IMG/VR virus record: IMGVR_UViG_3300033485_000026
Location: 1-47,740 of that record
Strand: one strand, 5' to 3'
Origin: a virus
Lineage: Duplodnaviria > Caudoviricetes
Length of the DNA: 47,740 bases
The notes under the pieces are model-generated. The model did not search any database. It saw only the letters and a program-made list of their open reading frames with translations, and had not been told where the DNA came from. Made by a program: the position numbers and the translations under genes. Numbering within the stretch: position 1 is the stretch's first letter; the number at the start of each line of letters is the position of its first letter. This document shows positions 1-9,131 of this stretch, in pieces.

Positions 1-396
1 GATCACGAGGCGCGTGTCGCCCTTGTACTTGCGGAGTTTCAAGACACCGTCGCCATAGGAGACGGTGTCGCCGACGCACTCATGGAGACTGCGCCATAGG
101 TCGAGACGCCTCACGAGGTCATCAACATACGGCTGCTGCTCCTCGTCCTTGCTCCGTATGCGCCCCGGCTCACCACAGAGAAGGTCCGCGAAGATGAGGC
201 GCGTCTTGCGGACCCAGGGGAGGTCTATCTCGATGATGGTCCCGTCATCGCGCATGAGACGCATGAACGACTGGACGAAGACCTCGCCGTGATCCCCCTC
301 CAGCAGTTCGTCCACCTGCTCGTAGGTTTCGAGCCGTTCCTCGTCGGCGGGCGGGAACACGGCACCCTCTTGGATCGCGTCGAGTCGCGTCAGCAT
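1..396 (-). CDS. Portal protein, N-terminal part (continues across the circular join into 47740-46742; ~461 aa total)
   Basis: ATG at 396 just after the terL stop. Open frame MLTRLDAIQEGAVFPP...GDTRLVI runs to base 1 and joins in frame (LVI|QPPGYWFP) with the 46742..47737 ORF through the 9-nt terminal overlap. Confidence 0.85.
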   Translation of the reverse strand, partial: MLTRLDAIQEGAVFPPADEERLETYEQVDELLEGDHGEVFVQSFMRLMRDDGTIIEIDLPWVRKTRLIFADLLCGEPGRIRSKDEEQQPYVDDLVRRLDLWRSLHECVGDTVSYGDGVLKLRKYKGDTRLVI

Positions 397-400
397 ATCC

Positions 401-1843
401 TCACCAACCTCGCGGTTTGCCGATGGTTCCCGCGATACGGCGCGGTGCCTTAGTCGGTGCGAGCGCGAGTGCGAGCGCATCCGACTTGTCGGGGCTTCGG
501 CCCAGACGCTTCTTGATCTCTGCTTTCGCCTCTAGGACGATCTTCCCGTTGCGTACAAGGTAACGCACGGCGCGGAGTTCAGACAGTAGTTCATCATCAG
601 CCGGCAGCGAGAGTTCCCCGCGCTCGGCGAGCAGTTTGAGGTTCCAGTACACCTCGGCGCGGCGGTTGATGAACTTCTCGGGGTGCATCGCGGTCATGCC
701 GACATTGATGCCATCGACCGGCAGTCCTGCCGATGCGAGGATGTCCACGACGCCGCCGCCGACGCCGATGTCGTCGATGCGGATACTCTCGGGGGTATCC
801 TCCGACGCCTGGTAGAACGCCTCGATGTCGTCCGCGACATGCTTCGTGCTCTTGCGCTCCCAGGACGAGAGGCCCACGACGCGGGTCCCGCGGCAGCGCC
901 AGAGGACCGTGTTGTCGTCGCCGAAGCGGGCTACGTCCACTCCCCAGTTATGGGGACCATCGACTCCAGGGGCTCCGACACATCGCCTAAGAACCATAGG
1001 GTCAATGAGTTTATCGGCACTACCAACCATCCCCCAAACACCGTCGATGTAGGCGTCCATGAGTTCAGGGGTATCGGAGTAGAGTTCCCGTATGCGTTCC
1101 TCATAGCCTGGGGGCAGGAACGTGTTATCGCGCATGAGTGACTGCACGAACGCCTCGTCGTTGTGGGGATCGTCAACCATCCGTTGCAGCCAGCAGTCCT
1201 CCGGGTTCGAGGTGATGATGACGTATCCATACTTGAGGCTCCGTTCCGATCGGCCAGGACGGGTGATGAGGAGTCTCGCCGGCGTCTCCTCGGTGTCCGA
1301 CGCCTCCTCGATGACCGCGGCGTCGAGTTCCATCGACTTCACGCGCTCCGCGTCCTCGGTCGATCCGAGGCCGCCGTACTCGATCCTGCTCCCGTTGTCA
1401 TGGCGGAAGACCATGTCGTGTTTGAGGTGCTTCCACCCGGGCCGGCTGACTATGTTGATCTGCCGGAGCATCGTGTCGAGCGTCGTGCGCGTGAACGCCT
1501 TTGCCTCGTTGCGGCACATATATACACGGAAGCCGGGGACGTGCTCGCAGGTGACCGCGGTCTTCGCGCAGACGTAGAACGACTTGCCGCCACCGACCGC
1601 CCCGCCGAACAGGACGACCGGGATTCCGCCGACAGCGCCGGTACGGGCGGCGATCTCCGCCCGCTTCTCCTCGATGACCCGGCTGCACTCGGCCTGCCGG
1701 TCGGTCCAGGTGAACTCGAGTTCCTTCGCCTGCTTGTAGCGGGCGAGGAGCATGGCGAGCGCCTCGCGCTCGGGACGGGACAGTTGCGCGATGGCCCGCT
1801 TGCGATCGGGGAGATCGAGTTCGAGGAACTCGGCTAGTTGCAC
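401..1843 (-). CDS. terL: Terminase large subunit
   Basis: Walker A GGAVGGGKS, Walker B AAVIEEASD, coupling motif TSNP, RNase H-like nuclease motifs GVDVARFGDD / RIDDIGVGGGV / SPDKSDAL. Likely GTG start at 1843 overlapping the upstream stop. Confidence 0.95.
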   Translation of the reverse strand: MQLAEFLELDLPDRKRAIAQLSRPEREALAMLLARYKQAKELEFTWTDRQAECSRVIEEKRAEIAARTGAVGGIPVVLFGGAVGGGKSFYVCAKTAVTCEHVPGFRVYMCRNEAKAFTRTTLDTMLRQINIVSRPGWKHLKHDMVFRHDNGSRIEYGGLGSTEDAERVKSMELDAAVIEEASDTEETPARLLITRPGRSERSLKYGYVIITSNPEDCWLQRMVDDPHNDEAFVQSLMRDNTFLPPGYEERIRELYSDTPELMDAYIDGVWGMVGSADKLIDPMVLRRCVGAPGVDGPHNWGVDVARFGDDNTVLWRCRGTRVVGLSSWERKSTKHVADDIEAFYQASEDTPESIRIDDIGVGGGVVDILASAGLPVDGINVGMTAMHPEKFINRRAEVYWNLKLLAERGELSLPADDELLSELRAVRYLVRNGKIVLEAKAEIKKRLGRSPDKSDALALALAPTKAPRRIAGTIGKPRGW

Positions 1844-2403
1844 GTTCTCTCCAACAGGATGAAATCGCAGATCATGTCCGGCTTCGGCGCTTCTACGATA
1901 CGCAGTATGCGGAAGTCTGGATACCTCTCCAGGTATGGAAGGAAGTCGCGGTGCCATTCCTGGGTGCCCTCCCCGTGCGGACGGGCTTCGAGCGTCGTCT
2001 GGATGAGCACCCCTTTGGATGCGTGTCCGAAGATGTCATCGAGCGTCCTCACGAACTCGCTTTCATCGCTGACGTGCATCAGGACCTCGAGGCAGATGGT
2101 CGCATCGTACATGCCCAGTCCCAGGTCGCCAGGTTCGTAGAGCGACAACTCGGCCCTCGGATGGCGCTTGCGGCACAACTCGATTGCCTTCCGTGAGACA
2201 TCCAGCCCCCGATAGACCGGGATGTGGTAGTAGGAGAGTTGGTTGCCGTCGCCGCATCCGAACTCGAGTACACTCGTCGCCCCGATCTCGGCGAGGAACG
2301 TGTTGACGACCGACGCCTTATACTCGGCGTTCTTCCCGTAACTCCCCGCTCCCGAGGTCTGCCCGGAAGCATACCGCCAGTCCCAGTAGGCGGCGTCTGT
2401 CAT
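1834..2403 (-). CDS. Class I SAM-dependent methyltransferase
   Basis: VLEFGCGDG SAM-binding motif, GLDVS, and N-terminal YWxxRY..G.TSGAGSYG as seen in glycan-cluster MTases. Confidence 0.85.
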   Translation of the reverse strand: MTDAAYWDWRYASGQTSGAGSYGKNAEYKASVVNTFLAEIGATSVLEFGCGDGNQLSYYHIPVYRGLDVSRKAIELCRKRHPRAELSLYEPGDLGLGMYDATICLEVLMHVSDESEFVRTLDDIFGHASKGVLIQTTLEARPHGEGTQEWHRDFLPYLERYPDFRILRIVEAPKPDMICDFILLERTCN

Positions 2404-3299
2404 GGGCGCACCATCGCCCGATAGTCACGCATCCAGGCATAGGTGCGCTCGATGCCTTCCTCCAGCCCGACGCTCGGGGTATGCCCTAGCGCCCGCATGT
2501 CGGAGAAATCGGCCCGCTTCACCGCCGAGACGAGGAACTCGGGCGGCTCCTCCACGCGGTAGGTGCCACGCCCCACTACCTCGATGATGATACTGGCGCA
2601 CTCCTCCATCGTCCGATATTCCTCCGTCCCGATGCAGTATGCGCGGTAGCCGTCTGCCCAGACAGGCCCATCCTCGAGAAGCAGCAGGATGCCATCGACG
2701 AAATCATCCACATAGCACCAACTCCGCACACATCCGGCGTGTGCCACGATCTCCTCGTCACGCATGGCGCGGTCGATAAAGTTCGACACCGCCGAGCGGT
2801 ACTCGCCGGCGGGGACCTCGTGCGGACCGTAGACCATAAACGGGCGGACGGAGACGGCCCGCAGTCCCTTGTAGCGCGACAGGTGCGCGATGATCCCCTC
2901 GGCTGCCAGTTTCGTGATGCCGTAGATGCCGTTCTGCTCGAGGATGTCCGGCAGACCGTACTCGCTGTTGTGCCCGTAGACCTCGGAAGTGGAGAAGTTG
3001 ACCATCCGGCATCCCGTGACCTGGCACTCGGATGCCACACGGTAGGTGCCGATGACGTTGGACGCGACCGACACGTCGGGATACATCTCCCCGTTCAGCC
3101 GCCCCACCTGTGCCGCCATGTGGATACAGACATCTGGGGCGAAGTCGGAGAACGTGCGCCTGAGCGATGCGGAGTTGTTCACGTTGGCGAAGAAATCGTC
3201 TCGGATGTCGAACCCGCGCACCTGATGACCTTCGGACAGGAGGCGCGGGACGAGCGTCTGCCCGATGACGCCGGCTGATCCGGTCACGAGTATCCTCAT
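2400..3299 (-). CDS. NAD-dependent nucleotide-sugar epimerase/dehydratase (extended SDR)
   Basis: MRILVTGSAGVIG Rossmann motif, HMAA, FSTSEVYG, catalytic YGITK, RSWCYVDD. ATG at 3299 in an ATGA overlap. Confidence 0.92.
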   Translation of the reverse strand: MRILVTGSAGVIGQTLVPRLLSEGHQVRGFDIRDDFFANVNNSASLRRTFSDFAPDVCIHMAAQVGRLNGEMYPDVSVASNVIGTYRVASECQVTGCRMVNFSTSEVYGHNSEYGLPDILEQNGIYGITKLAAEGIIAHLSRYKGLRAVSVRPFMVYGPHEVPAGEYRSAVSNFIDRAMRDEEIVAHAGCVRSWCYVDDFVDGILLLLEDGPVWADGYRAYCIGTEEYRTMEECASIIIEVVGRGTYRVEEPPEFLVSAVKRADFSDMRALGHTPSVGLEEGIERTYAWMRDYRAMVRP

Positions 3300-3985
3300 C
3301 CGGCGGGCATCCCTTCTGTGAGCGCGACCCGCATCACCTCTGCGGCCACCTTCGGTCGGTCGATGGCGTTCGTGCGTTGCCGCGGATGCTGTCTGAACGC
3401 CAGGAACGGGTCGGGAGAATAAGCGAGCGTCGGACGCTCCTTGCACCAATCTATCGCCGTCCGCATGTCGGTCGCGAGGGCCATGCTGTCCCACGCCCTC
3501 CAGCGCAGACCTCTGACCCACTTCGTCAGATATACGCCTCCTGACGGCATCGGCATCATGGGTATGCCGGCGAGGGCCGCATCCGTGAACTTGGCGAAGC
3601 AGGCGTCGGCCTCGAGCGGCCAGTCGGGGTAGCGGCGGACCCGTGTCTGGCGGCCACGCGCATCGACGAGCGCGATCGCCGCGAAGGTGTAGTCCGCCTC
3701 AGTGACGGGTGGCGGGCCGATGAGGAAGTTGTCGGCATCGACGAACACCAGACGATCAGAGGTCGCCTGCTCGATCCCGAGGTTGCTGCCCCAGACGGGG
3801 CTGCCGCTCATATCGGGGCGGTGGGTGACCTTCACCTCGGGGTAGGCGGCTGCTACCTCGAGCGAGTCGTCGGTAGAGCCATCATCGTAGAGCAGCACCT
3901 CGTCGCAATAGTGGGTCGTCGTCGAGAGGCACTCGGCCAGATAGCAGCCGTAGTCATGATTCGTGATGATGGCGGTCACGCTCAT
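3296..3985 (-). CDS. GT2/GT-A glycosyltransferase
   Basis: VTAIITNHDYGCYLAECL, YDDGSTD, FVDAD (DxD). Confidence 0.88.
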   Translation of the reverse strand: MSVTAIITNHDYGCYLAECLSTTTHYCDEVLLYDDGSTDDSLEVAAAYPEVKVTHRPDMSGSPVWGSNLGIEQATSDRLVFVDADNFLIGPPPVTEADYTFAAIALVDARGRQTRVRRYPDWPLEADACFAKFTDAALAGIPMMPMPSGGVYLTKWVRGLRWRAWDSMALATDMRTAIDWCKERPTLAYSPDPFLAFRQHPRQRTNAIDRPKVAAEVMRVALTEGMPAG

Positions 3986-4797
3986 GTCGTGTAGTCTCCC
4001 GAGAACAGTCGCGGATGGAACCCTGGCCGGTTGAGGCGGACGAGGTCATAGCGGTCGCAGGAGAGGTCGCCCGTCTCCGTCATGTGGACGCACTCCACGT
4101 CCCAGGCCGCCGCCAGGTGGTAGCCCGCGAGTTTCATGCGATAGGTGACCGAGGTGTCGTGACCGAAGGCGTTGTCGTACTCGTCCCACGGCACGGATGC
4201 GTAGACCTCAGGGCGCGATAAGACGCAGTAGACGCCCGTGGCATCCACCGGCGCGATGCCCTTGCCGGGCTTCGCCGAAGCGAGGATCGTCGGGCTCTCC
4301 ATGCCGCTTATCTGCCAGAGTCCCGGCTTGCGGAGGGCCCACCGACCGACCTCGAAACCGCAGACCCAGTCGTACCCCATCTTGATGCCGGCCAGTAGTG
4401 ACTGCCAGGTGTGGGGCGGGATCAGGGTGTCGTCCTCGAGCAGCAGGATGCGCGACACGTCCCGCGGCATCAGCCCGATCGAGGTGACCCGCATGACGGT
4501 GTGCCGGGCACGGCGGAGTCGGACCAACCTCCCGTCGTCCACCCTCTCGGAGCCGGACGCCCAGTCCGAGTAGTGGACACTGAGCGATGGCACGGGAAGC
4601 GGGGTCGCTCTCCTGACGACCGCCTCGAGGAGCGAGAGGTCGTCAGAGTCGATATAGACGGTGAGGCGGCAGCGCGAGAGCGGGACATCGGATGAGACGA
4701 GCGCATCGAAGAACCTGTCAACGCACCACTCCCGCGTGAACGGGACGAACACCCAGACATCTCCGCCGCCGTCTCTCAGTACCTCGGTCGTCCTCAA
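3982..4797 (-). CDS. Putative GT-A fold glycosyltransferase
   Basis: VFVPFTR N-terminal strand, ILLLEDD, VDATGVYC, GHD and a late WDVECVH, the typical layout of phage GT-A proteins. Lies in the sugar cluster. Confidence 0.65.
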   Translation of the reverse strand: MRTTEVLRDGGGDVWVFVPFTREWCVDRFFDALVSSDVPLSRCRLTVYIDSDDLSLLEAVVRRATPLPVPSLSVHYSDWASGSERVDDGRLVRLRRARHTVMRVTSIGLMPRDVSRILLLEDDTLIPPHTWQSLLAGIKMGYDWVCGFEVGRWALRKPGLWQISGMESPTILASAKPGKGIAPVDATGVYCVLSRPEVYASVPWDEYDNAFGHDTSVTYRMKLAGYHLAAAWDVECVHMTETGDLSCDRYDLVRLNRPGFHPRLFSGDYTT

Positions 4798-4919
4798 CGG
4801 CGCTTCCTCTTACGCTTCCTCGGGCGTGGCTTGGACCCATACTTCCTCGTCCAGCGAGCCGCGATGCGTGGATGTCGAGCCCACATGAAACGGCGGTGCT
4901 TCGCGCTGCGGAAGGGCAT
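4794..4919 (-). CDS. Small highly basic protein (41 aa), below the ORF-track cutoff
   Basis: MPFRSAKHRRFMWARHPRIAARWTRKYGSKPRPRKRKRKRR*. Start overlaps the upstream stop (TGATG) and stop overlaps the next start (TTGA). Resembles small MPFxSxxQRR-type phage ORFs. Confidence 0.75.
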   Translation of the reverse strand: MPFRSAKHRRFMWARHPRIAARWTRKYGSKPRPRKRKRKRR

Positions 4920-5908
4920 CAGACCCACCTCTCGATCGCCTCGATGCAGGCGAGCCCCGCCTTCCCGTCGCCGAAGGCATCACTCCTCGGCCCGGTCGGT
5001 CGCGACCGCACCGCGATGGCGAGGTCCTCGGGTTCGGTGAGGCGGTTCCAGCCGCCCTCGAGCGTCTCGGGCCATTCAGTCCTGTCACGCAAGGTATAGC
5101 ACGGCACCCCCGCGAAGTAACACTCCCTCGTGACCCCGCCGGAGTCGGTCACCACGCAGTACGCGCCCCGGATCAGGACGTGCATCTGTTCGTAGGTGGC
5201 GGCCTCGCAGAACACCTTGCGCTTGAACCCCATCTCGCGCATCCCCCTCATCGTGCGGTGGTGCGCCATCCAGTATACGGGGAGGGGTATATCCGAGATG
5301 CCGAGGATGCAGGCGGCCAGGCGTGGGACGTTCTCCACGTTGCTCTGGCGATGGAGGGTCACGAGGCAGTAGCCGCCGCGCTCTAATCCCCGATGCGCGA
5401 GGATGGCGGCGATCTCCCGATCGTCCACGATGCTCTCGAGGCTCGTGTAGGCGTCGAGCATCACATCGCCCGTGATGACCGAGGACAGGCCCTCCTTCCA
5501 GAGGTTCTCCGAACACGCCTTCGTCGGGGCGAGGCGGAGCGATGCCACCTTGTCGGTGAAGATTCTGTTGCGCTCCTCGGGCATGGATGGGTCCCGCGAC
5601 CGGCAGCCGGCCTCCACATGCACGACCGGGATGCCCTCTAAGGATGCCGCGGTCGCGCCGTAGACGGTGGAATCGGTGTCGCCGTAGACGATGACGGCGT
5701 TCCCGCCGAGTTCTCCCCGGAGGTGCGGGAGCGTCCAGTTCTTGCGGAGGATCACGTCGGGGCGGGGGAAGCCGCCTATCATCGCCCGATCGTAGTGCTG
5801 CCCGGTGTCGATGATGCGGTGGAGGTGTCCGAGGGTCTTGGCTGCGGCGTCTAGGACCCGCACCTTGACGTAGTTCGGGCGGGTCCCGATGACGGATGTG
5901 AGGAGCAT
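4919..5908 (-). CDS. wecB: UDP-N-acetylglucosamine 2-epimerase (non-hydrolysing)
   Basis: GTRPNYVK, DTGQHYD, YGDTDST, HVEAGCRS, MPEERNR, VTLHRQSN, TDSGG, RDRTEWPE, FGDGKAG. Confidence 0.95.
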   Translation of the reverse strand: MLLTSVIGTRPNYVKVRVLDAAAKTLGHLHRIIDTGQHYDRAMIGGFPRPDVILRKNWTLPHLRGELGGNAVIVYGDTDSTVYGATAASLEGIPVVHVEAGCRSRDPSMPEERNRIFTDKVASLRLAPTKACSENLWKEGLSSVITGDVMLDAYTSLESIVDDREIAAILAHRGLERGGYCLVTLHRQSNVENVPRLAACILGISDIPLPVYWMAHHRTMRGMREMGFKRKVFCEAATYEQMHVLIRGAYCVVTDSGGVTRECYFAGVPCYTLRDRTEWPETLEGGWNRLTEPEDLAIAVRSRPTGPRSDAFGDGKAGLACIEAIERWV

Positions 5909-6198
5909 CAGTGGGTGATGGTGAACATCGGTTGGGTGAGCGTCAGGTCGACGTGCTGGTCCTTGCCCACATGGTACGGCGTCCGGTCGCGTCTGCTGTA
6001 CCAGCCGGCAAGCATCCCGTACTCGATCTCATAGATCGTCTCGATGCGCTTCCGCGACTGTTTCTTGGTGAACTTCATCTTCGGCGGGGGATCGTCGGCA
6101 TAGAACCCCCACCCGCGCCATTCTCCGGAGCACTCGTAGACCGCATAGACCTCGCCGCCCACGAGTACCGTCACCTTGATGAGCCCGCGCTCACTCAT
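5908..6198 (-). CDS. Hypothetical protein (96 aa, starts MSERG)
   Basis: ATG at 6198 inside the junction repeat. Stop overlaps the wecB start. Confidence 0.65.
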   Translation of the reverse strand: MSERGLIKVTVLVGGEVYAVYECSGEWRGWGFYADDPPPKMKFTKKQSRKRIETIYEIEYGMLAGWYSRRDRTPYHVGKDQHVDLTLTQPMFTITH

Positions 6199-6442
6199 GG
6201 CGCACCCCTTCCCATTCGCCGCACCAGTCAGTCTCGTGTACCAACGGGAATGAACCTCGTCGCGCTCTGAGTTGCAGGTCGGGCTCGTCATAGTGGCGCA
6301 CTTTCGGCGGGTGGGCACGGCACTCGTGGTAGATGGCATCCACCGGTATCGGACACCAGAACCGACACGATGAGCATGGGCCCCATCCGTCACTCGGCTT
6401 CTTGCGATGATGATAGAAGTAGCCCTCCGGTGGCTCACTCAT
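6191..6442 (-). CDS. Small Cys-rich hypothetical protein (83 aa)
   Basis: MSEPPEG...CSSCRFW...CRAHPP...FPLVHETDWCGEW. This CxxCxxW / CRxxPP / WCGE pattern is common in phage ORFs. Confidence 0.7.
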   Translation of the reverse strand: MSEPPEGYFYHHRKKPSDGWGPCSSCRFWCPIPVDAIYHECRAHPPKVRHYDEPDLQLRARRGSFPLVHETDWCGEWEGVRHE

Positions 6443-6662
6443 GGCGCACCGCTTCCTCAACGTGATAGCGGAACGTGAGCGTCTGGAAGCCGGTGTGCTC
6501 CTTGTCCCACCAGATGCCGTCACGAGGTACGTCCATTGTGTCGTACTCGATGGTGAACTCCCTCGGGTGTATGTGTCCCGATTCCAACCCAGCGAGAATC
6601 TGGCGCAGCGCGAGCATGGCTGCCGTTCGGACTTCCTCACTCGTTCGTAGTCGCTCACTCAT
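6435..6662 (-). CDS. Hypothetical protein (75 aa)
   Basis: Bounded by junction repeats at both ends (starts MSE, ends VRHE*). Confidence 0.65.
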   Translation of the reverse strand: MSERLRTSEEVRTAAMLALRQILAGLESGHIHPREFTIEYDTMDVPRDGIWWDKEHTGFQTLTFRYHVEEAVRHE

Positions 6663-6996
6663 GGCGCACCGCTTCCTGGGCTTCTTTCAGGCGCATCTCT
6701 GTCGTGCCGTAGGTGTGTCGTGACGCCAGCCACCGTGCCACGGCTTCCCACTCGTTGCGCTCGGCTGCTACGCGCTTGACATTACGCATCATGGCAAGAA
6801 TCTCGTCCTTTGCTTGCGCGTTCTCCGCTTCCAGCCGCTCGATGTGGCCCTGCAAGTACCCCCTCGCGTCGTATTCCGCGACACCCTTAGTAGGGATACA
6901 CGCCATCAGGAAGTCCAATCGCCGCATCGCGTCCTCGTGGGTGTATGCCTTCTTCGGCAACTCGAACCCGTCCATGCTGTGCTCCCACTCCTTCAT
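6655..6996 (-). CDS. Hypothetical coiled-coil protein (113 aa), paralogue of 15653..15910
   Basis: SD AAGGAGCGG before the ATG at 6996. Shares YTHxDAMR, IERLEAE, RWLA and AQEAVR with 15653..15910. Confidence 0.7.
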   Translation of the reverse strand: MKEWEHSMDGFELPKKAYTHEDAMRRLDFLMACIPTKGVAEYDARGYLQGHIERLEAENAQAKDEILAMMRNVKRVAAERNEWEAVARWLASRHTYGTTEMRLKEAQEAVRHE

Positions 6997-7565
6997 GGCC
7001 GCTCCTTCCCGTCGCACGGGAAGACCTCGAACAGGGGTCCTCCGCAGCGGCATTTCTCGATCCTGATGGTGGCGATCTCCACCGGGTCGTGGGAACTGCG
7101 CTTGCCCGATGCACTCTGGCGCTTGATGGTCTTGGTGGAGAAGGTGACGGTCCCGTCGATCGGGTGGGGATGGCTCCCGGTCATCAGCGTATCCCCGATG
7201 ACGCGGTTGCGCTTCCCGTCGAGTTGGACCGTGCGGGACCGCTGCTGCGTCCGGGCACCACAGAGGACACATACCCTCATCGGGTGCTGCTCTAAGGTGT
7301 CCTCCCTGCCGGCCTTCCACGCGGCCTCCGCGCACGAGGGGCAGTAGACGAAACCCGCTGTCGGGCGTCCGCAGCAGATACACGCGCCCTCGCGCTCCTT
7401 CGCCGCATGGGTCGCCCGGGCCTTCCACTTCTCCGTCGCCTCGGCCTTGCTGATGATCCCCACGACGTAGGCGAGCATGGAAGCAGCCCGCTTCTCGTCG
7501 GCCCCGGACTTCTCGAGATCGGCGCAGAACTCCTCGAACCCGTACTGGCGCTTCCCCGATGTCAT
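6993..7565 (-). CDS. Hypothetical protein with zinc-ribbon motifs
   Basis: CICCG...CPSC, CVLC, CRCG. Coupled to both neighbours. Confidence 0.6.
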   Translation of the reverse strand: MTSGKRQYGFEEFCADLEKSGADEKRAASMLAYVVGIISKAEATEKWKARATHAAKEREGACICCGRPTAGFVYCPSCAEAAWKAGREDTLEQHPMRVCVLCGARTQQRSRTVQLDGKRNRVIGDTLMTGSHPHPIDGTVTFSTKTIKRQSASGKRSSHDPVEIATIRIEKCRCGGPLFEVFPCDGKERP

Positions 7566-7566
7566 C

Positions 7567-8346
7567 TTACCCCTCCCCGAAGTCCATGATCTCCTGGTTC
7601 TCGTCCCCCGCTGGACTGCGTTCGGTATTCATCCACCAGTCGTACATGTCGTCCGAATCGTAGCGCCATCCTCCGCGCTCGAGCCCGTCGTCGATCGCAC
7701 GGTTGAGCGAGCGCCGGCAGGAGCGGCGGTAGGCGTCCGCGTACTTCGGCCACCGTTCGACATCACGCTGCCGCAAGGGGTTGTACATCATCGGACACAT
7801 GATGCAGCCGATCCGGGTGAATCCCTCGTCATAAAGCGAGCAGTACGGAAGGCCGCGGTCGCGGATGTATGCCCAGACCTCCTCGTCGGTCCAGTTGATG
7901 ATGGGATTGAGGTAGTTCTTGCGCCCGGTGTAGCAGACCTCGATCTGCCGGCGCTTGCTCCGCTTCACGGACTCCGCCCACCGGATGCCCGTGACGACCG
8001 TGCGCCCCTCCCCGCCGCGCTCCTTGAGCGCCTCGCAGCAGTAGCGGGCAACTCTCGTCGGGGGATACCGCTTCTTCACGATGAGGGCCCACATTGTCGT
8101 GTCGGCGAAGTCCCACGCGACATCGGGGTAGTGCTCGCGAATGTGCCGCCTGAGTTCGGGTGGGTCGGGGACCGAGGCGCTGTAATGGGCATCGAAGGCC
8201 ACACCGCTGCGGACGGCGAGATCGTAGATCACACTCGAGTCTTTACCGCCACTGAACGCGAGCCAGTAGCCCTCAGCGGGCTCTAACTCGCGCAGGAGTT
8301 CTATCGCCGCCTCGTCCTTCCGCTCCCCGAACAGGTCCGCGTCCAC
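7567..8346 (-). CDS. PAPS-reductase family protein
   Basis: PP-loop AFSGGKDS, RYCCEALKE, TGIRWAES, NPIINWT, LYDEGFTRIGCIMCP. Confidence 0.92.
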   Translation of the reverse strand: MDADLFGERKDEAAIELLRELEPAEGYWLAFSGGKDSSVIYDLAVRSGVAFDAHYSASVPDPPELRRHIREHYPDVAWDFADTTMWALIVKKRYPPTRVARYCCEALKERGGEGRTVVTGIRWAESVKRSKRRQIEVCYTGRKNYLNPIINWTDEEVWAYIRDRGLPYCSLYDEGFTRIGCIMCPMMYNPLRQRDVERWPKYADAYRRSCRRSLNRAIDDGLERGGWRYDSDDMYDWWMNTERSPAGDENQEIMDFGEG

Positions 8347-8705
8347 GTTCCTCCGCCCCGAGATGACCGTTCGTCGGAAAGGGTATACCTACCCCGGTAT
8401 CGGGTCAACTTTGGGTACTTGCAGGGCACGGATTCTGGTGGATGATGGATGTACCAGACGCCAGACGAGAGGGGAATCCGTGGGCCATCGCTGAACCTCC
8501 CCGGCACCTCTCCGAACCCGTCGAGCGCACAGGTGACACGCCTGCTCCGGGGCATGAATCCGCCGGGAACACAGTCTGGTCTTGTCCACCGACCCACTAG
8601 CCGTCAGAGGGCCACAGTTCGGTCATGGGTGAGGATACCGCCGCCCAGGTAGGACATCCCCACAACACCCCCGATCAGAGAAACGTGTAGCAACTCGCGG
8701 GAGGG

Positions 8706-8830
8706 GGGTAGGGGGGAGGGAATGCCTTTCGCCGCAGGTCAGCATGGTTACAGCGCCTTTCGAGTCAATAATCTGCGAGAAGGATGGTTCGCGGGGTTCC
8801 CGATCTCGCTGTGGAGTGCCCGGGGTAGGG
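8706..8830 (+). other. Three KOPS-like octamers (GGGNAGGG) pointing toward the dif-like site
   Basis: GGGTAGGG 8706-8713, GGGGAGGG 8713-8720, GGGTAGGG 8823-8830. Confidence 0.55.
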
Positions 8831-8835
8831 CCCTA

Positions 8836-8863
8836 GCATGACGTAAGGTACATTATCGCGAGT
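8836..8863 (-). other. dif-like XerC/XerD recombination site
   Basis: Minus strand reads ACTCGCGATAA-TGTACC-TTACGTCATGC (11-6-11), compared with E. coli dif GGTGCGCATAA-TGTATA-TTATGTTAAAT. Intergenic. Confidence 0.65.
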
Positions 8864-9131
8864 TCGTTTGTGCTCACGATCGGCGCTGATGTATCAACCC
8901 GGCCCCGATATACACTACCGGCCCGAATCTACCCGAACCCATGCCCGATCGTTTGCCCGGGCCGCGCCTACGATCGGTGTCAATCTACCCTGCCCCAACC
9001 CACGATCACTGATCGCTTGCGACCCTTCGGATGATGAACCCGACCCTACCATCAGCGACCCCGGCCGATGGTCCGCATGGGGCATTGTAGGGCTCGCAGG
9101 GTACCATCCGAGACGGCCGCCCGAATCATGG

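Larger units (their letters stand above)
6189..6677. repeat. Three direct copies of an 18-bp gene-junction repeat
   Basis: GCTCACTCATGGCGCACC at 6189-6206, 6433-6450 and 6653-6670. Copies 2 and 3 match over 25 bp. Confidence 0.95.

Noticed and set aside
1-9. 9-nt terminal repeat as a biological terminus (cos or direct terminal repeat)
   Set aside because: It falls inside the portal gene, so it is an assembly circularisation overlap.
6189-6677. Junction repeats as a mini-CRISPR array or attC sites
   Set aside because: Spacers are ~200-225 bp protein-coding genes, the repeats are not palindromic, and there is no integrase.
8301-8597. ORFs 8301..8597 and 8389..8589 upstream of the PAPS-reductase-like gene
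   Set aside because: No motifs or clear RBS. I cannot tell which, if either, is real.
8741-8768. Possible leftward promoter TTGACT-16 nt-CATGCT
   Set aside because: Plausible position but a weak -10 element, so not supportable as a feature.
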